Below are positions 49,948-61,760 of a stretch of 64,000 nucleotides of DNA, in pieces. Origin of the DNA: Glaucostegus cemiculus (taxonomy: Eukaryota); assembly GCA_976551045.1 (NCBI GenBank), contig CDPCPM010000016.1, positions 5,270,001 to 5,334,000 of the forward strand. Direction: 5' to 3'. The notes beneath the pieces are model-generated. The model did not search any database, was not told the origin of the DNA, and was given only the letters and a program-made list of their open reading frames with translations. A program made the position numbers and the translations under genes. Position 1 is the first letter of the stretch. The number at the start of each line of letters is the position of its first letter.

Positions 49948-52519
49948 AGAACTCTATGGAATCATTTCCTAAATGATTCAACATCTTTGTGAGGATTCAT
50001 CTCAAGATCCTTCCTCGCTATATTCAAATTGCTTCAGAACAATACAAAAGTAAAAAGCGATTGTACATCTTCACGTTCTTCATGCAAGCTGTACTTTGGC
50101 CAGACCCTGCCGTGGAGACAAGTCAAGCCTACCCATGATGTTCATAATGTACAGGGCCTGCAACTAGTACATGTAAACTTTGTTTTTGTCCGATTGGACA
50201 AGAAAGTTGGAGGTTCGGATAGGCAGAATGAAGCACATAAGTAAAATGCCTGGACATTGAAAATATCTGCTCTGCCCATTACAGCAGCATTCGGTTGAGC
50301 CTAGAACTAAGGAGATCTGGCTACACGAGATCAAACAGAAACCAGTCGATGACTGAAGCCATATATAACGAAAAGGAGCGTGAGTATGGTTGTCAGGGGT
50401 ATTCTTTGCAGCCCTAGGATATTGCTGCAGGAATCCTGCACTGAAATATCCTTCCCCAAACACCTTCAGCGTTTTATCAATGACCTTTCTTTAACCCAAG
50501 GTTAGAGCCGGGGTTGTTCACCGGTGATTCCGCAGCACTCGTCTCCATTGTGAATACATCCATTAATGAAGCAGCTTCGACAGGAATTGGCTTGCATTCA
50601 CGCCTGGGTTGACAGTGACAAGTCACATTTGTACTAAGTAGGTTCCTGGTAATGATTATCTCAAACAAGAGAAAGCTCGGCCACATTGACCTTATCTAAT
50701 TGCTTAGACCCTACCATAAATATCTTTGGAATCCACATTACCAAAATCTTGACATGGCCTGCCACATCAACAGCCGCGGAGACGGGATTCTTTGAATCGA
50801 ATTACTTCTGACCTCTCAACATGTCTCCATAATTTCCAATGCATTAGTCAGGAGCTTTAAGGCATTTCCGTCTCTTATCTGATGCCACTTTCGAAAAGCT
50901 TGAAACTATCCGGGACACAGCAATTGGTTTGATTGACCCTGGTGTTCACCTCCTCCTTCACATGTGCCTGTTGGCTTCATTGCCAGGGGTTACAAGATAC
51001 CGCAGTAACTCGTTGGATCATGTTGTCAGTGCTTTCCCTGCTTTTCTTGAACAGAACTCAAGCAGTAACAGAATGCCATCGATTTCATTGCCATCCACCT
51101 CACAGTCCGCCGCGACGTGCGCATTTTCTTGCTGTTCCTTCGCAGGTCAGTTTCTGGAACTCACTGCCTGGTAACGTCTGTGAGCCCCTCCAGCAGAAGA
51201 ATTATTAGAGGTTCATAGACTAGAGGCGAGGCGACTATCTTCTCGAAACAGCTAAGCGCGACGAATGGAGTCAAGTTTGTCAATGTTGCATACATGCCTG
51301 GAATAAATATATTTTAAAAAAAAGATACTTGCCTTTCAAGAGCAATGAATGCCAACATACATCATGTACCGTTAATTATAAACCTGTACACTCTTCTTGA
51401 AAAGTTTCGTTATTACGGTCATCATGCATTGCAATAAACCAATAAAACATATACTCGTTATTATTGTTCACACTCGTCCTATTTCCTCTGTTGTTCCAAA
51501 CGCATTTACTACTTCCTGGTGACAGGTGACAGGTCTCTTATCCCGAACTCATGCGAGTGGTTACTATTCTTGTATGTGCCTTGATCGTGAGTTTGACAGG
51601 TATTGGAGGGGTAAGAGGGATCGATAATATCACACGACTCTCCTCTCCTGTTATTGTTCCATGTTTCGCGCACACAACTCACACCATTTCCAACATGGAA
51701 AACTGGAGAGTAAAGAATATTCCCCCCCCCCCCCATCCTAAACAAAAAGAACTGAAGCAAACTGTGGTTATTATTCCGTCGTAGGTCAGCAAGCTTTACA
51801 CAACGTACGGAAATGACCGATATCGGTTTGCCTTCTAGGCTAGTCACCGAGCCACTCCAAACACGATTTTCTAAATGTTTATGAGATCCCCACAGCTAAA
51901 GGGACGCACACATGGATAAATAATCCAAACTTCGTGCGGGAACAAACAACTATTTTTGAGGAAAGGAAGGAGGTGTATCATTAATATCGCTGTCGCATAG
52001 ATCTGTTTTGTTCTGTATGAAGAAGTATTAAATAAATAAAAGTAACGAAATTCAAATGTCTCATCGTGAGTTATTGTGGTTGAAATTATTACTTCATTAC
52101 CCCAATAATAATTACATTTCGCACTTTATGATTACTGCATCGACTTTGTGATCAATTTACTTTTCAGTATTTTAATTCTTCCAGCTGTGGAGAGTCTGGT
52201 ATCCAGGACAGTTGTGATTTTAACGCCAAGTTTCAAGAGAGAGGGAAAAAACCCCACAAAACCCAGTATACCTGGAAATACAGTGTCAGCATTGAGATGC
52301 AATGCTTAGGCCTTCGGGAAACACAGACATTGCACTGGAACAGCCATGATATGCTTGGTCCCTGACAGCATCCAGTTAGCATTGTTATTTATCTAGGTTA
52401 CTACTATATATTCCAATGACGAATTTAGAGATTTGTGAATAGAAAGGCAGTTGCTGAAGGTAAGTACAGAAGCGCCAATCAACGATTTAGGTCCTTTTCT
52501 CAATTATCAGTTGTGCCGA

Positions 52520-52640
52520 AGGGCCTATCATCTGAAAGCTTGGCTCAGTTTCTTTTCCCGCAGATGCGGCCCAACCTGCTGAGCATTTCCAGCATTTTTT
52601 GTTTCTGTTTTAGATTTTCAGCATCTGCAGATTATTTTTA
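52520..52640. mobile_element. Penelope-like repeat half-copy
   Basis: cagatgcggcccaacctgctgagcatttccagcattttttgtttctgttttagattttcagcatctgcag. Confidence 0.55.
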
Positions 52641-54547
52641 ATTTTTTCCATACATTTTATTCCCCGTTGTCATGCAATTTCCAAAACGCAGAAGGCCTCG
52701 TTTAACTTGTTTCACTACGAGTAGCTGTCAATCTGTTCCCTGTTATGATCTTACAAGCTGCAAACAGATGACATTATACGTTGTTATACTGCTCTGCAGT
52801 GGAGCTCCTATGCACTCAGCAACAGCTGTTTCTAAGGCTAAAACCGAATTTTTCTTTAAATCTCTCCTCACAAAGTCTCAGCAGAGGAATCGTATTATTA
52901 CACTGTAACAAACTTTGATTGTGCAGTTATATCATCGACAATGTCTCCTGTTGGTTCCCCTCAGAACAAAGCAGAGTACACTTTCACTGCAGCGGGTGAA
53001 TTTACAGATAGAGACTGCAAGGATAATATGGAGATCAGAAAAGAATTTCTTTTTGAATTGTCAGTAACCTGGGAAGATATTGGTGAAAGATTGGAGTAGT
53101 GCTGGGGATTTTCATTTCCACATAGAACGGTGGGGGTTCTGAACTCACTGTCCGAGAGAATGGTGATGATAGAAGCCCTCATCAAGTATCAATCGTTCCC
53201 GACTGAGCACTGGAAGATCCGTAACCTGTACGGGAGAGCCAGAAAATAGGATTAATCCCCACCCCACCCCCTCCACAAAAAAAATCTTTTCTGGGCCGAT
53301 ATGGTCACGACGGGCTGAAAAGCCTCCTTCTGTGCCGTGACTTTCTGTGATTCTGTTTGTTGGTGGAATCGCAGCAGAATCGTTTCTTTTTTTTTGTTGG
53401 GGGCGGATACAGTGGCCCCAAACATTCGTTTTCTCCTAAGATTAAAAAATACAGTCGGATTACAGAGAGCAGGGAGAAATGTGCAGTTTCCACCTTAATG
53501 CTGATCTTCCACACCCGTCCTCCCTGAAAGGACGCTGGAAGGAGCAACCCCTCCCAGCAGAGACTGTGGAAAGTACTGTCCGCCTTCATGGTACCTCCGC
53601 CATCACACACAAAGAGGTCTGTGTCTACTATTCTCTTGAGTTCTAGGCAATTATCTCAATAGTTTTAAAGTCTGAATTTGTACCAGAACAGGAATTAAAT
53701 TGCAATAAAACAATGAGTACTGGCAAAAACACAAGATCAGTTAGCGTCTGCCGAAATGTGGGTTTGGAGCGCTGGAGACTGTTTCATCACTTCATTATAC
53801 CCCGCCGAGACTGAATGGTCGGCTGCAACTTTACCCACTGACTTTATATTTGATTTTCATCGCTTAGAACTTTCTCTGGTCATTTTATTGCAGTTATACT
53901 GCACCTGGTGCCAAGTCAAACGAGGGTAAGTTAGCAGCTTTGGAGCGTGTGTATACTGAATGCCGATTATGTCTTTATTTCCGACATTAGTTCCTAGATT
54001 TTATTTCAAAAGCATTGTTCACGATATTTTCGAAAGTCAAATTAACTGCGCGACCTCAACATGCCACAAAGGGCGAGGAACTAAAAATGATTGGGTATTA
54101 ATGGAGCGTTCATCAGAAGGTAACTAGTAACCAGCTAATATAAATCTCTTCTGGTCACTAATTTGCATTTTTCTCGTTTTCTTTGGGATGGGGGAGGTGC
54201 GCAGAAATATCATTCAGTGAACCACTTAATTTATCAACACACAAATTAACCCATTTAAATCTGAGATTAAATCCGGTAATTCCTATCACACTCCCTCACT
54301 TGGATGCGTGGCAGTTTTAGGGGGACCCTTAAGTGTGACGTGGATTCATTCCCGGAGCGCATTGGATATAATATTCACCATGCAAAAGAACATTGCGATC
54401 TAGCCAGTTTTAATCCACGCAACATTTTCTCACCAAATTTAACGCTGACATGTTAACCTCTTGCCTTCTGGTGAACAAGCGTTTGGACCTAGCTCTCTCT
54501 GATGGTTCAGTCAGACACAAAGCAGGTGAAGTTACATGATCACTTGA

Positions 54548-55452
54548 GGTCTGATTAGTAAGTTTGTGGATGACACGAAAATGGGTGGTGTTGTGGATAG
54601 TCAGGACAGTTGTCTGAGGTTACAGTAGGATGCAGATCAGATAGAAAATTGTATGGAGCGTAGGCAGATTAAGTTTAATCTGGATAAACATGGGCTCATG
54701 CATTTTGGGACGTCAAATAGAGATAGGACATATATAATAAAATGATAGGGTACCAAGGAATATTGATGGACAGAGAGATCTTGGGGTGCAAGTACATAGT
54801 TCAGTGGAAGTGGCAATACAGGTGGATAGGGTGTTGAAGAAGACATATGGCGTGATAGCCTTTCTAGGTCGTGGCATAGAACATAATGTTATGTTGCAAC
54901 TTTACAAAAGGCTGGTTAGGCCCCACTTGGAGTATGTGTGCAGTTCTGGTCACCACACGATAGGAAACCTGTGATTGCCCTGGAGAGAGTGCAGAGGAGA
55001 TTCACCAGGATGTTGTCTAGGTCTGAGGACTTTAGTTATGGGGAGAGATTGGATAGGCTGGACCTCTTTCCCTTGAAGTGAAGGAGGCTGAGGGGTGACC
55101 TGATGGGTCATAAGATTATGAGAAGCATAGATGGGGTAGATAGTCAAAATATTTTTTTCTCATAGTGGGGGGTATTAACAACAAAAGCGCAAAGGTGAGG
55201 AGGAACGAGTTTTAAATGGGATATGGGGTCAAGGTATTTTTGCAAAGAGTGGTTGATATCTGTAAAAGGCTCCCTGGGGAGGTGGAATTTTAACGTTTAA
55301 AAGAGGTACTTAGACAGGCACTTAAATAGGCAAGAAATAGAAGGAAATAGTCGTAATGCAGGCAAGTGGGATGGGTGTAGAAGGGTAAATTAATCAGCTT
55401 GAGTGTGATGGGCCGAAGGGCCTGTTCCAGTGCTCACGACTCTATGACTCTA
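54548..55452 (+). mobile_element. 5'-truncated CR1 LINE starting at the RT catalytic motif
   Basis: LISKFVDDTK (decayed FADD motif) near 54551, MLQLYKRLVRPHLEY, LERVQRRFTRML. Terminus gggccgaagggcctgttccagtgct...gactctatgactcta. Confidence 0.9.
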
Positions 55453-56284
55453 CTCGACTTTTGTGTGAATTAGAATCATAAGTTACGCAGAAAGAAAACA
55501 AAGTGTTTGAGCAAATCAACAATTGGGCCGAACCCACAGTAATATCGATTTATTCACATCATGGGCTGTTCTTTAATTACAATCCCGTCCCTGCCAGGGT
55601 CACGTCGGGATTTTCCTCTCGTAAATTCATCTCAGTGATGCATGGCTAGGAAAGTAAAATCAAGTATATTTGCTTTATTTCGCCAATCCGTATAATGCAG
55701 GAGCATGCTGCTGGGAAGTGGGGTTTACTAGATCTAAAGTCAAGGTTTACTTTATTTTAAAAACGCATGACTTAAAATTGCATATTTTTGTAGCCATTTA
55801 ACAGCTGACGCGTACAAATCTTTGTTGGCCTAATCTGGATCAGAACGATAACTGTCTTGCTAAAACAATCTTGTATTCTGCAGGTATCAGAACCTTTGTG
55901 GCAGTATCTGGAAAATAACTCCAGCATGACGATTAGTCCCATTAACTTCGCCTTATTCCTCCTTCTCTCTGCGGTTTTAAAATTACACAGAACATCAAAA
56001 CCATAATATGATGTCACCAGTAATTTGATATGAAAATAAAACATAGTAATTATTTGTACATTTTTCAAAAGTCTGCCTCCTACAGGTTATTGCCGACTGC
56101 CAGCATATGATTGAAATATGAATGCACCAATTGTTCTTTATGTGGGTTTTATTCACCGCCGTTCAACAAACATTAATCACGATCAGTTTTGGGGGAAAGG
56201 GGCTGTCAGTTTCGTGTGAATGAATATAACCACTTAAAATAATGCTTCCTCGCGCGCTACCTCTAAAAAACAGCACCCCAGCAT

Positions 56285-57065
56285 CACGGAATCCTGGAAA
56301 AAATACGACACAAAATGGGATTGTTCGGCCCATCATGTCCGTGTCGGTCGAAGACCTAGTCTAATGGCCTTCTAGCAAAAGGTCTGTTGCCCCGAGGGTC
56401 ACGGCTCTTCGAGTGCACATCCAGCTGCTGTCTTAAGTGTGATGAAGCTTTCTGCCTATATTACCTTTCAGGCAGTGAGTTCCAGATTCCTAGCACCCTC
56501 TGAAATGAAAACATGTTCCCTCACCTTCCCGTTAATCCCGTTGCCAATTATTTTAAACTTAACCCTTTGGTTTTTCACGCTTTGCTCAGGAAACAGGTCC
56601 TTCCTATTTACTTTGCCTGGGCCCCATATAAGCTTATAAAGTTATACAAGTTATTATAAACTTTATAACTTTATACCCCTTCTGTCCACCTTCTCATGCT
56701 GGCTATCTCCTCTCTTTCAGTCCAGGTGAAGGATCTCGCCCCGAAACGTCGACAGCGCTTTGTGTGTTGCTCCAGATTCCAGTTATCTGCAGACCTTTTG
56801 TGTCTCTATTACTTTCTGGATCTCAGGCACGAATTCCCGATCCTAAAGAAGACAACCCAGCTTTATCGAATCATGCCACATGGCTGCACGTTTCTGTCAA
56901 CATCTTTGTAAATCCTTGCATCCTTTCCAATGCAAGCACACCTTCCCTGTAATGTGACCAGAACTACAGCAATCTCCAAGCAGTGGTCTTACTAGTATTG
57001 CATGAGTTCTAGCATAACTTCTTTCTTTTATAGTCCATGCCTTGGCTAATAAAGGCAAGAATGCA
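56285..57065 (-). mobile_element. Decayed CR1 fragment interrupted by an AT-rich palindrome and a Penelope-like piece
   Basis: ttcggcccatcatgtcc...ttccagattcctagcaccctctg... resumes after 56815 as ...ccttccctgtaatgtgaccagaactac...ctaataaaggcaag. Confidence 0.65.
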
Positions 57066-57738
57066 TTGTGCTAAAGAATCTTCCCTAAAATTGCGAAGCA
57101 GTACAGTGACGGAGTGTGACAGAAATCAAGGATTTTAATGTCAGGTTCAAATAGGTCAATCTCTCTTTGGTTGGTTAATAAGTGAAAGGGTTTACTGAAA
57201 GATGGTTGTCCCGATCACTTTGTCAGAGCACAAAGTACGTTTTTGCGGGTGATATGTAAAATAGACGGCTTGTGGGTTGAAGGCTCCTGTCCCGGGCTCT
57301 GTGTATCCTTATCAGCCGATCCCATTCCTGTTCTGTCTCGGCGCTGAAAAAGCCGGCTTTGTGTCACACAGTGCGTTACAGCAGGTTATTTATTGGAAGT
57401 CACAATGCCCGATAACCTCTTGTCTGGAATTACATCACCCAGAAGCAGTGTCTGGATTTGTTAAATTCTAAGTATTCAGTCTCTTTAGAAAATACATGGG
57501 TGGATTGCATATATTAAAGGTGACCTCCGTCGTCTAGAGAATTTGCTCCCACTTGTTCCGGCATGGCCCAAATCATCTTAATAGTCCTAGTGTTTTCCTT
57601 GCAGCGCAATGCTCGTATCACTGCGCTGAAGCTGGTCTTCTCGCCAGAACATTTCAGTCGGTCCTTACCGTTAATCGTTGTTACCTTTTCAAATACATTG
57701 CTCAGGTCATAATCATTATCGATTGATTCCTACATCAC

Positions 57739-57954
57739 AACAGATCCTTCCTATTTACTCTGGGCCCCATATACGTTTATAAAGTTATACAAATTATGAT
57801 AAACGTTATAACTTTATACCCCTTCCCTCCATCTTCTCATGCTGGCTATCTCCGCTCCCCAGTCCAGGTGAAGGATCTCGACCCGAAACATCGACAGCAC
57901 TTTATGTGTTGCTCCAGCTTCCAGCATCTGCGGTCTTTTGTGTCTCCATTACTT
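57739..57954 (+). repeat. Diverged direct copy of 56592-56814
   Basis: Collinear over about 220 bp, from aacag(g/a)tccttcctatttact to ttttgtgtctc(t/c)attactt. Confidence 0.9.
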
Positions 57955-60022
57955 AAAAGTCTTTAGGTCTGTCACACTCCGTATGCGGTCGCTTTTAAAA
58001 GGCAGTGAATTGACTGGAGAGCGCGTTAAGAAGCCCCGTGGTCACCAAAAGGTGCTTTATACATAGATGACTTTTTTGGTATTTTCAGAACAATCGTAAA
58101 CGATGGGCAAAGATGCATTTCAGCATCTGAGCTAATTTGCAGAGAAGTAGTTCAAGTCTACGAATTAAAGCACGTGATTCTGATAGAACAGCGGGCCGCA
58201 CCTGATGGAATGGGAAGGACAGACAACACGAAGGACCATTTGGGAACAGCTCTGGAGCGTAGAGGTATATGTTCGACAATTTAGTGACTTCGGGCAGGCA
58301 AGACTGTAATATTTGTTATTGGGATAACTCCAGTAAGTGTTTGAAAATCCAGAATCCATCTTGATGTTAGATCGCGGCTTCCTATCTAAGCGCTTTACAA
58401 CGTGTATATGATATATATCCAGACATACAAAAACCGCAGAATTGATTTACAGCCGAGCTTCTGAATGGTAGCAGATTCTCTGCTTGCATCCGCATCGGAA
58501 ATGTCAGACGTTCCGGTTGTGCTTTGGCCTCCTGACTACCCAGATCTCCATTCAACTCCAGGCTCCACTATTATCACCAACATGCAGTACCTCACTTTGA
58601 TGGAACGAATGATGCTTTGATTTGACACTATTTAAACGAGTTAGAAATGGCTGAACATTCTTATTGGTGTCATGTTTGACTAACGGCTTTTCTGCCTAAA
58701 TCCCATCAATGTTTAGATTTGGGAATATCGCCCGCTGTTGTATCTGGCTGGCCCAGTTTAGTGCGCCTTGTGACACTGTTGCTGTTAAAGAGAATGCTAT
58801 TAGCCAACAATCTGACAGGCAAATTAACATTTAGATGAGAGCTTCCTGGCAGAACAAACTAAGTGTGGACTTATACTTGTTTAAGGGTTTTGTTTTCGTT
58901 TTTTAAAAAATTCTTGGACTGACAAGCTATTTCAACAGCCTCGCTGCTATAATTAAGACGAACAGCACTTAAGCTGCGGTAACAAGCCGTTTATCAGGTG
59001 GCATATTTTATGTGTTTAGTTTTAAAACTAACCGGGATTATTCCTACTTATTCCCAATAACTAATTTAATCGTATTACCCTAGTGCACGTATTATGATAT
59101 TTCTATGCATTACTGCATTGAATTATTAGAGTACCTCACCAGGAACATTTCAATTTGTGTGAGGTTACTTCGTCAAAAAATTGCGTGCAAGGCAACTGTT
59201 GTGGTTGTATCTTCTCCTGTCAGGCTCAATGTCATAGATGGTTTTGACAACCTTCGTCGCTGGCATTCGGGTGAAGCAATCAATCATGCCTTTCCTTATG
59301 ACCATCCAACTCCATCACCCCAAGCAAACCTCTCAACACAACGTTATCCCGGGCTTCCCAACTACTGTGTAATTCTGGTTAAAAGTACATACTTAGGCCT
59401 TTCAATGTGAATCGAAGCACCACTTACTTTCCTTTGCTAAAAGCGTGTTGGTAAATTATTTACTCTTTCGAGGAGTTTGTTATCAAAATCCTCAAAGTAT
59501 ACTTCAGAGTATTGGAGACATTATTGAGTAGATTACCCCGAACAAGATTTCAGATGGTACTCTAGTGGAGTACATGATTTTGACCGCCACTTCGACGCTA
59601 ATATTGCTTCAGTGTTCTTATGGATCGATTATTTGGCCGTTAAGAAGTGGAAACGCGTATCCACAGAGGGATACAATAAAACAGTATTTCCGTCTGAAAT
59701 TAGTCAATTTCATTGCTGCATGTTCTAATGGTTCCCCAGCAGAGATTAATAAAACCCAGATGGTACCCAGTTAAACTTCATTTAAATCGGCAATGCACTA
59801 GCAGTATTCCTGGCAACAGTTAACCAGCCAGCCAAAAGACACAGAACAAAGATAGTGAGGAAAACAAGTGTCTGATAGCCTCAGCACATCAGCAACATCT
59901 GTATGCATGTGACTCGAAACGATAAGTGCCTTTCCTTTCAAGTCTCGGGCCGCATGAAGTTTATTTCCAGTATTTTCAGATTTTATTTAGATTTATGGAA
60001 GTAGCCGCATTTTCATGGGATA

Positions 60023-60024
<2 letters not shown>

Positions 60025-60090
<66 letters not shown>

Positions 60091-60103
60091 ACGGGGGGGG
60101 GGG
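60025..60103. repeat. (GT)32 microsatellite followed by a G run
   Basis: Perfect GT repeat at 60025-60088 and poly-G at 60093-60103. Confidence 0.95.
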
Positions 60104-61179
60104 CTCCTTTAGATAACCTGAAGAAATGATCTCAACACTATCGTGCATCCTGCCTGTTGTTTACTGGTCTTATTACACAAACAATCATTTTCATTTCCAA
60201 ATCATCACTCGTAAGAATGTGTTTTTTGCTTGAACTGGGGCCATACCTGATTCAAGCTGCTGCGTGGGGTTTGTATGATTACGAATATTAAAAAGGGAAA
60301 CGTGTCCTGTTTTCCTTAACATCTGCATATGTCCCAAAGGGTCCACTTTTCAGGGGACATCGTAATTTAAACCGGGTTTCAGTTTCTCATCAGGGACTCG
60401 CTCGCACACCTATTCAGCAGATAAACACATTGACCGCATCCCGCAACATCTAATATCTTATCTTGCTTAACAGGAGATCAGCCACACTACTGGCGCTAAA
60501 TATTGTGCGGCCCTCATACACATTAAAATGTATACGCTTGAACGCACGCCCTATTCAGAGTAGCTATGGATTGAATTCCTTCACCTTTGTCCATACTTTG
60601 TTGCCATTTCCAGTCTCTTTATTTGTCGAGAACATTAATGGGGGCCGGCGGGTCTACAAACATAAAACCAACCCCAAGGGACGGGCACTGCGAGATAGCT
60701 ACGATTCTCCTGCAATTCACATTGCAAATCGCAGCAGACAGCAAGATTCAACAAATCTTTATTTCGTCAAGCGATCGGTTCAGTCGCCAGCTCTGTGGGT
60801 TTAATTGCTGAAATACTGCTGCTGTGTACATTCTAAGAATTCTTATAGTAATATTGGATCAACTTTTCTTCTTCAAGACATATCACAGCTGTGGCCCGAA
60901 CACGCAGTCTGCCTGAGATCAGGTTAATCAGTTGATGCATCTCTCTGTCCGGAGTTATAAACTGCATCTAAATACACAGATATGTCGGTAACTCGTGTCT
61001 CTGCTTACTTATTTAAAAGAATTAATTAGCACTGGAATGGTAGGCATAATGTTGGCAGATGAAAGCAATCAGTACTTGTATTTCGCGCCGCACAGCCAGA
61101 TGCAAGCTACTGTAAAAGCGCATTCCTAGCCAAAGCGGCCAGCTTTCTACAATTAAATGGAATCCCATTTATTACCCAC

Positions 61180-61504
61180 CATTTCCTTGGTCCACGAAGC
61201 TGGTGACAGTGTTGGCACGGGGTCGGGCTCGGGCCAGACTGCTGTTCAACCCTTTCCTTTCACACTCGGATAAGGTCCTGTAAAGTGACATCATGTACTC
61301 ATGCGGCACCACAGTGCCGGTGCGAATGTGCTGGCGCTTGAAGGTCCGGTCGTGCTTGCTGCCCAGAGGTGATGAGGAACCAGGACCATCCTGGGAAGGG
61401 GGGTCCTGCAGAGATCCCAGTGTAGCAGCTTCAAGGACAGAAAGGAAATCCCAACAGCAGCAAAGGGCAAACCACACAAGCGCCGCAGCCTTCGGTATAT
61501 CCAT
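61180..61504 (-). CDS. GDF7: GDF7 (BMP12) exon 1: signal peptide and N-terminal prodomain
   Basis: ATG at 61504. Hydrophobic leader MDIPKAAALVWFALCCCWDFL, then the GDF5/6/7 prodomain motifs VVPHEYMMSLYRTLS and RANTVTSFVDQG. Phase-1 donor AAT G|gtgggt at 61180/61179 fits the exon 2 acceptor phase. Confidence 0.93.
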
Positions 61505-61760
61505 TCTTGAAGATCTTTGTGTCCAAGATCGGAAGGGTTTAAGCCAGTGGCTGAACGCACGTTCAGATGGCTTTGCTCGCTCACCTTCCCCGCGGATGGC
61601 TGACTTGGTTACATTACAGGGAACGCCGCTCAGACTCTCGCACTGCAGCCATCCGCGGAGCAGGGCGCCCCCACTGCGCTTCTGATTGGCTCAAACTTTA
61701 TCCCAGCAAAACTTTTTTTTAAATTATAACTTTTTAACAATTAGGGTCCAGAAAGCATGA
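61505..61760 (-). promoter_or_regulatory. GDF7 5' UTR and proximal promoter with CCAAT box, CpG-rich
   Basis: ATTGG at 61685-61689 reads CCAAT on the minus strand (agCCAATcag), about 180 bp upstream of the ATG. Surrounding sequence is GC- and CpG-rich. The TSS is not known. Confidence 0.55.

Noticed and set aside
59926-60129. ORF with a CVCVCV repeat
   Set aside because: It is the translation of the (GT)32 microsatellite.
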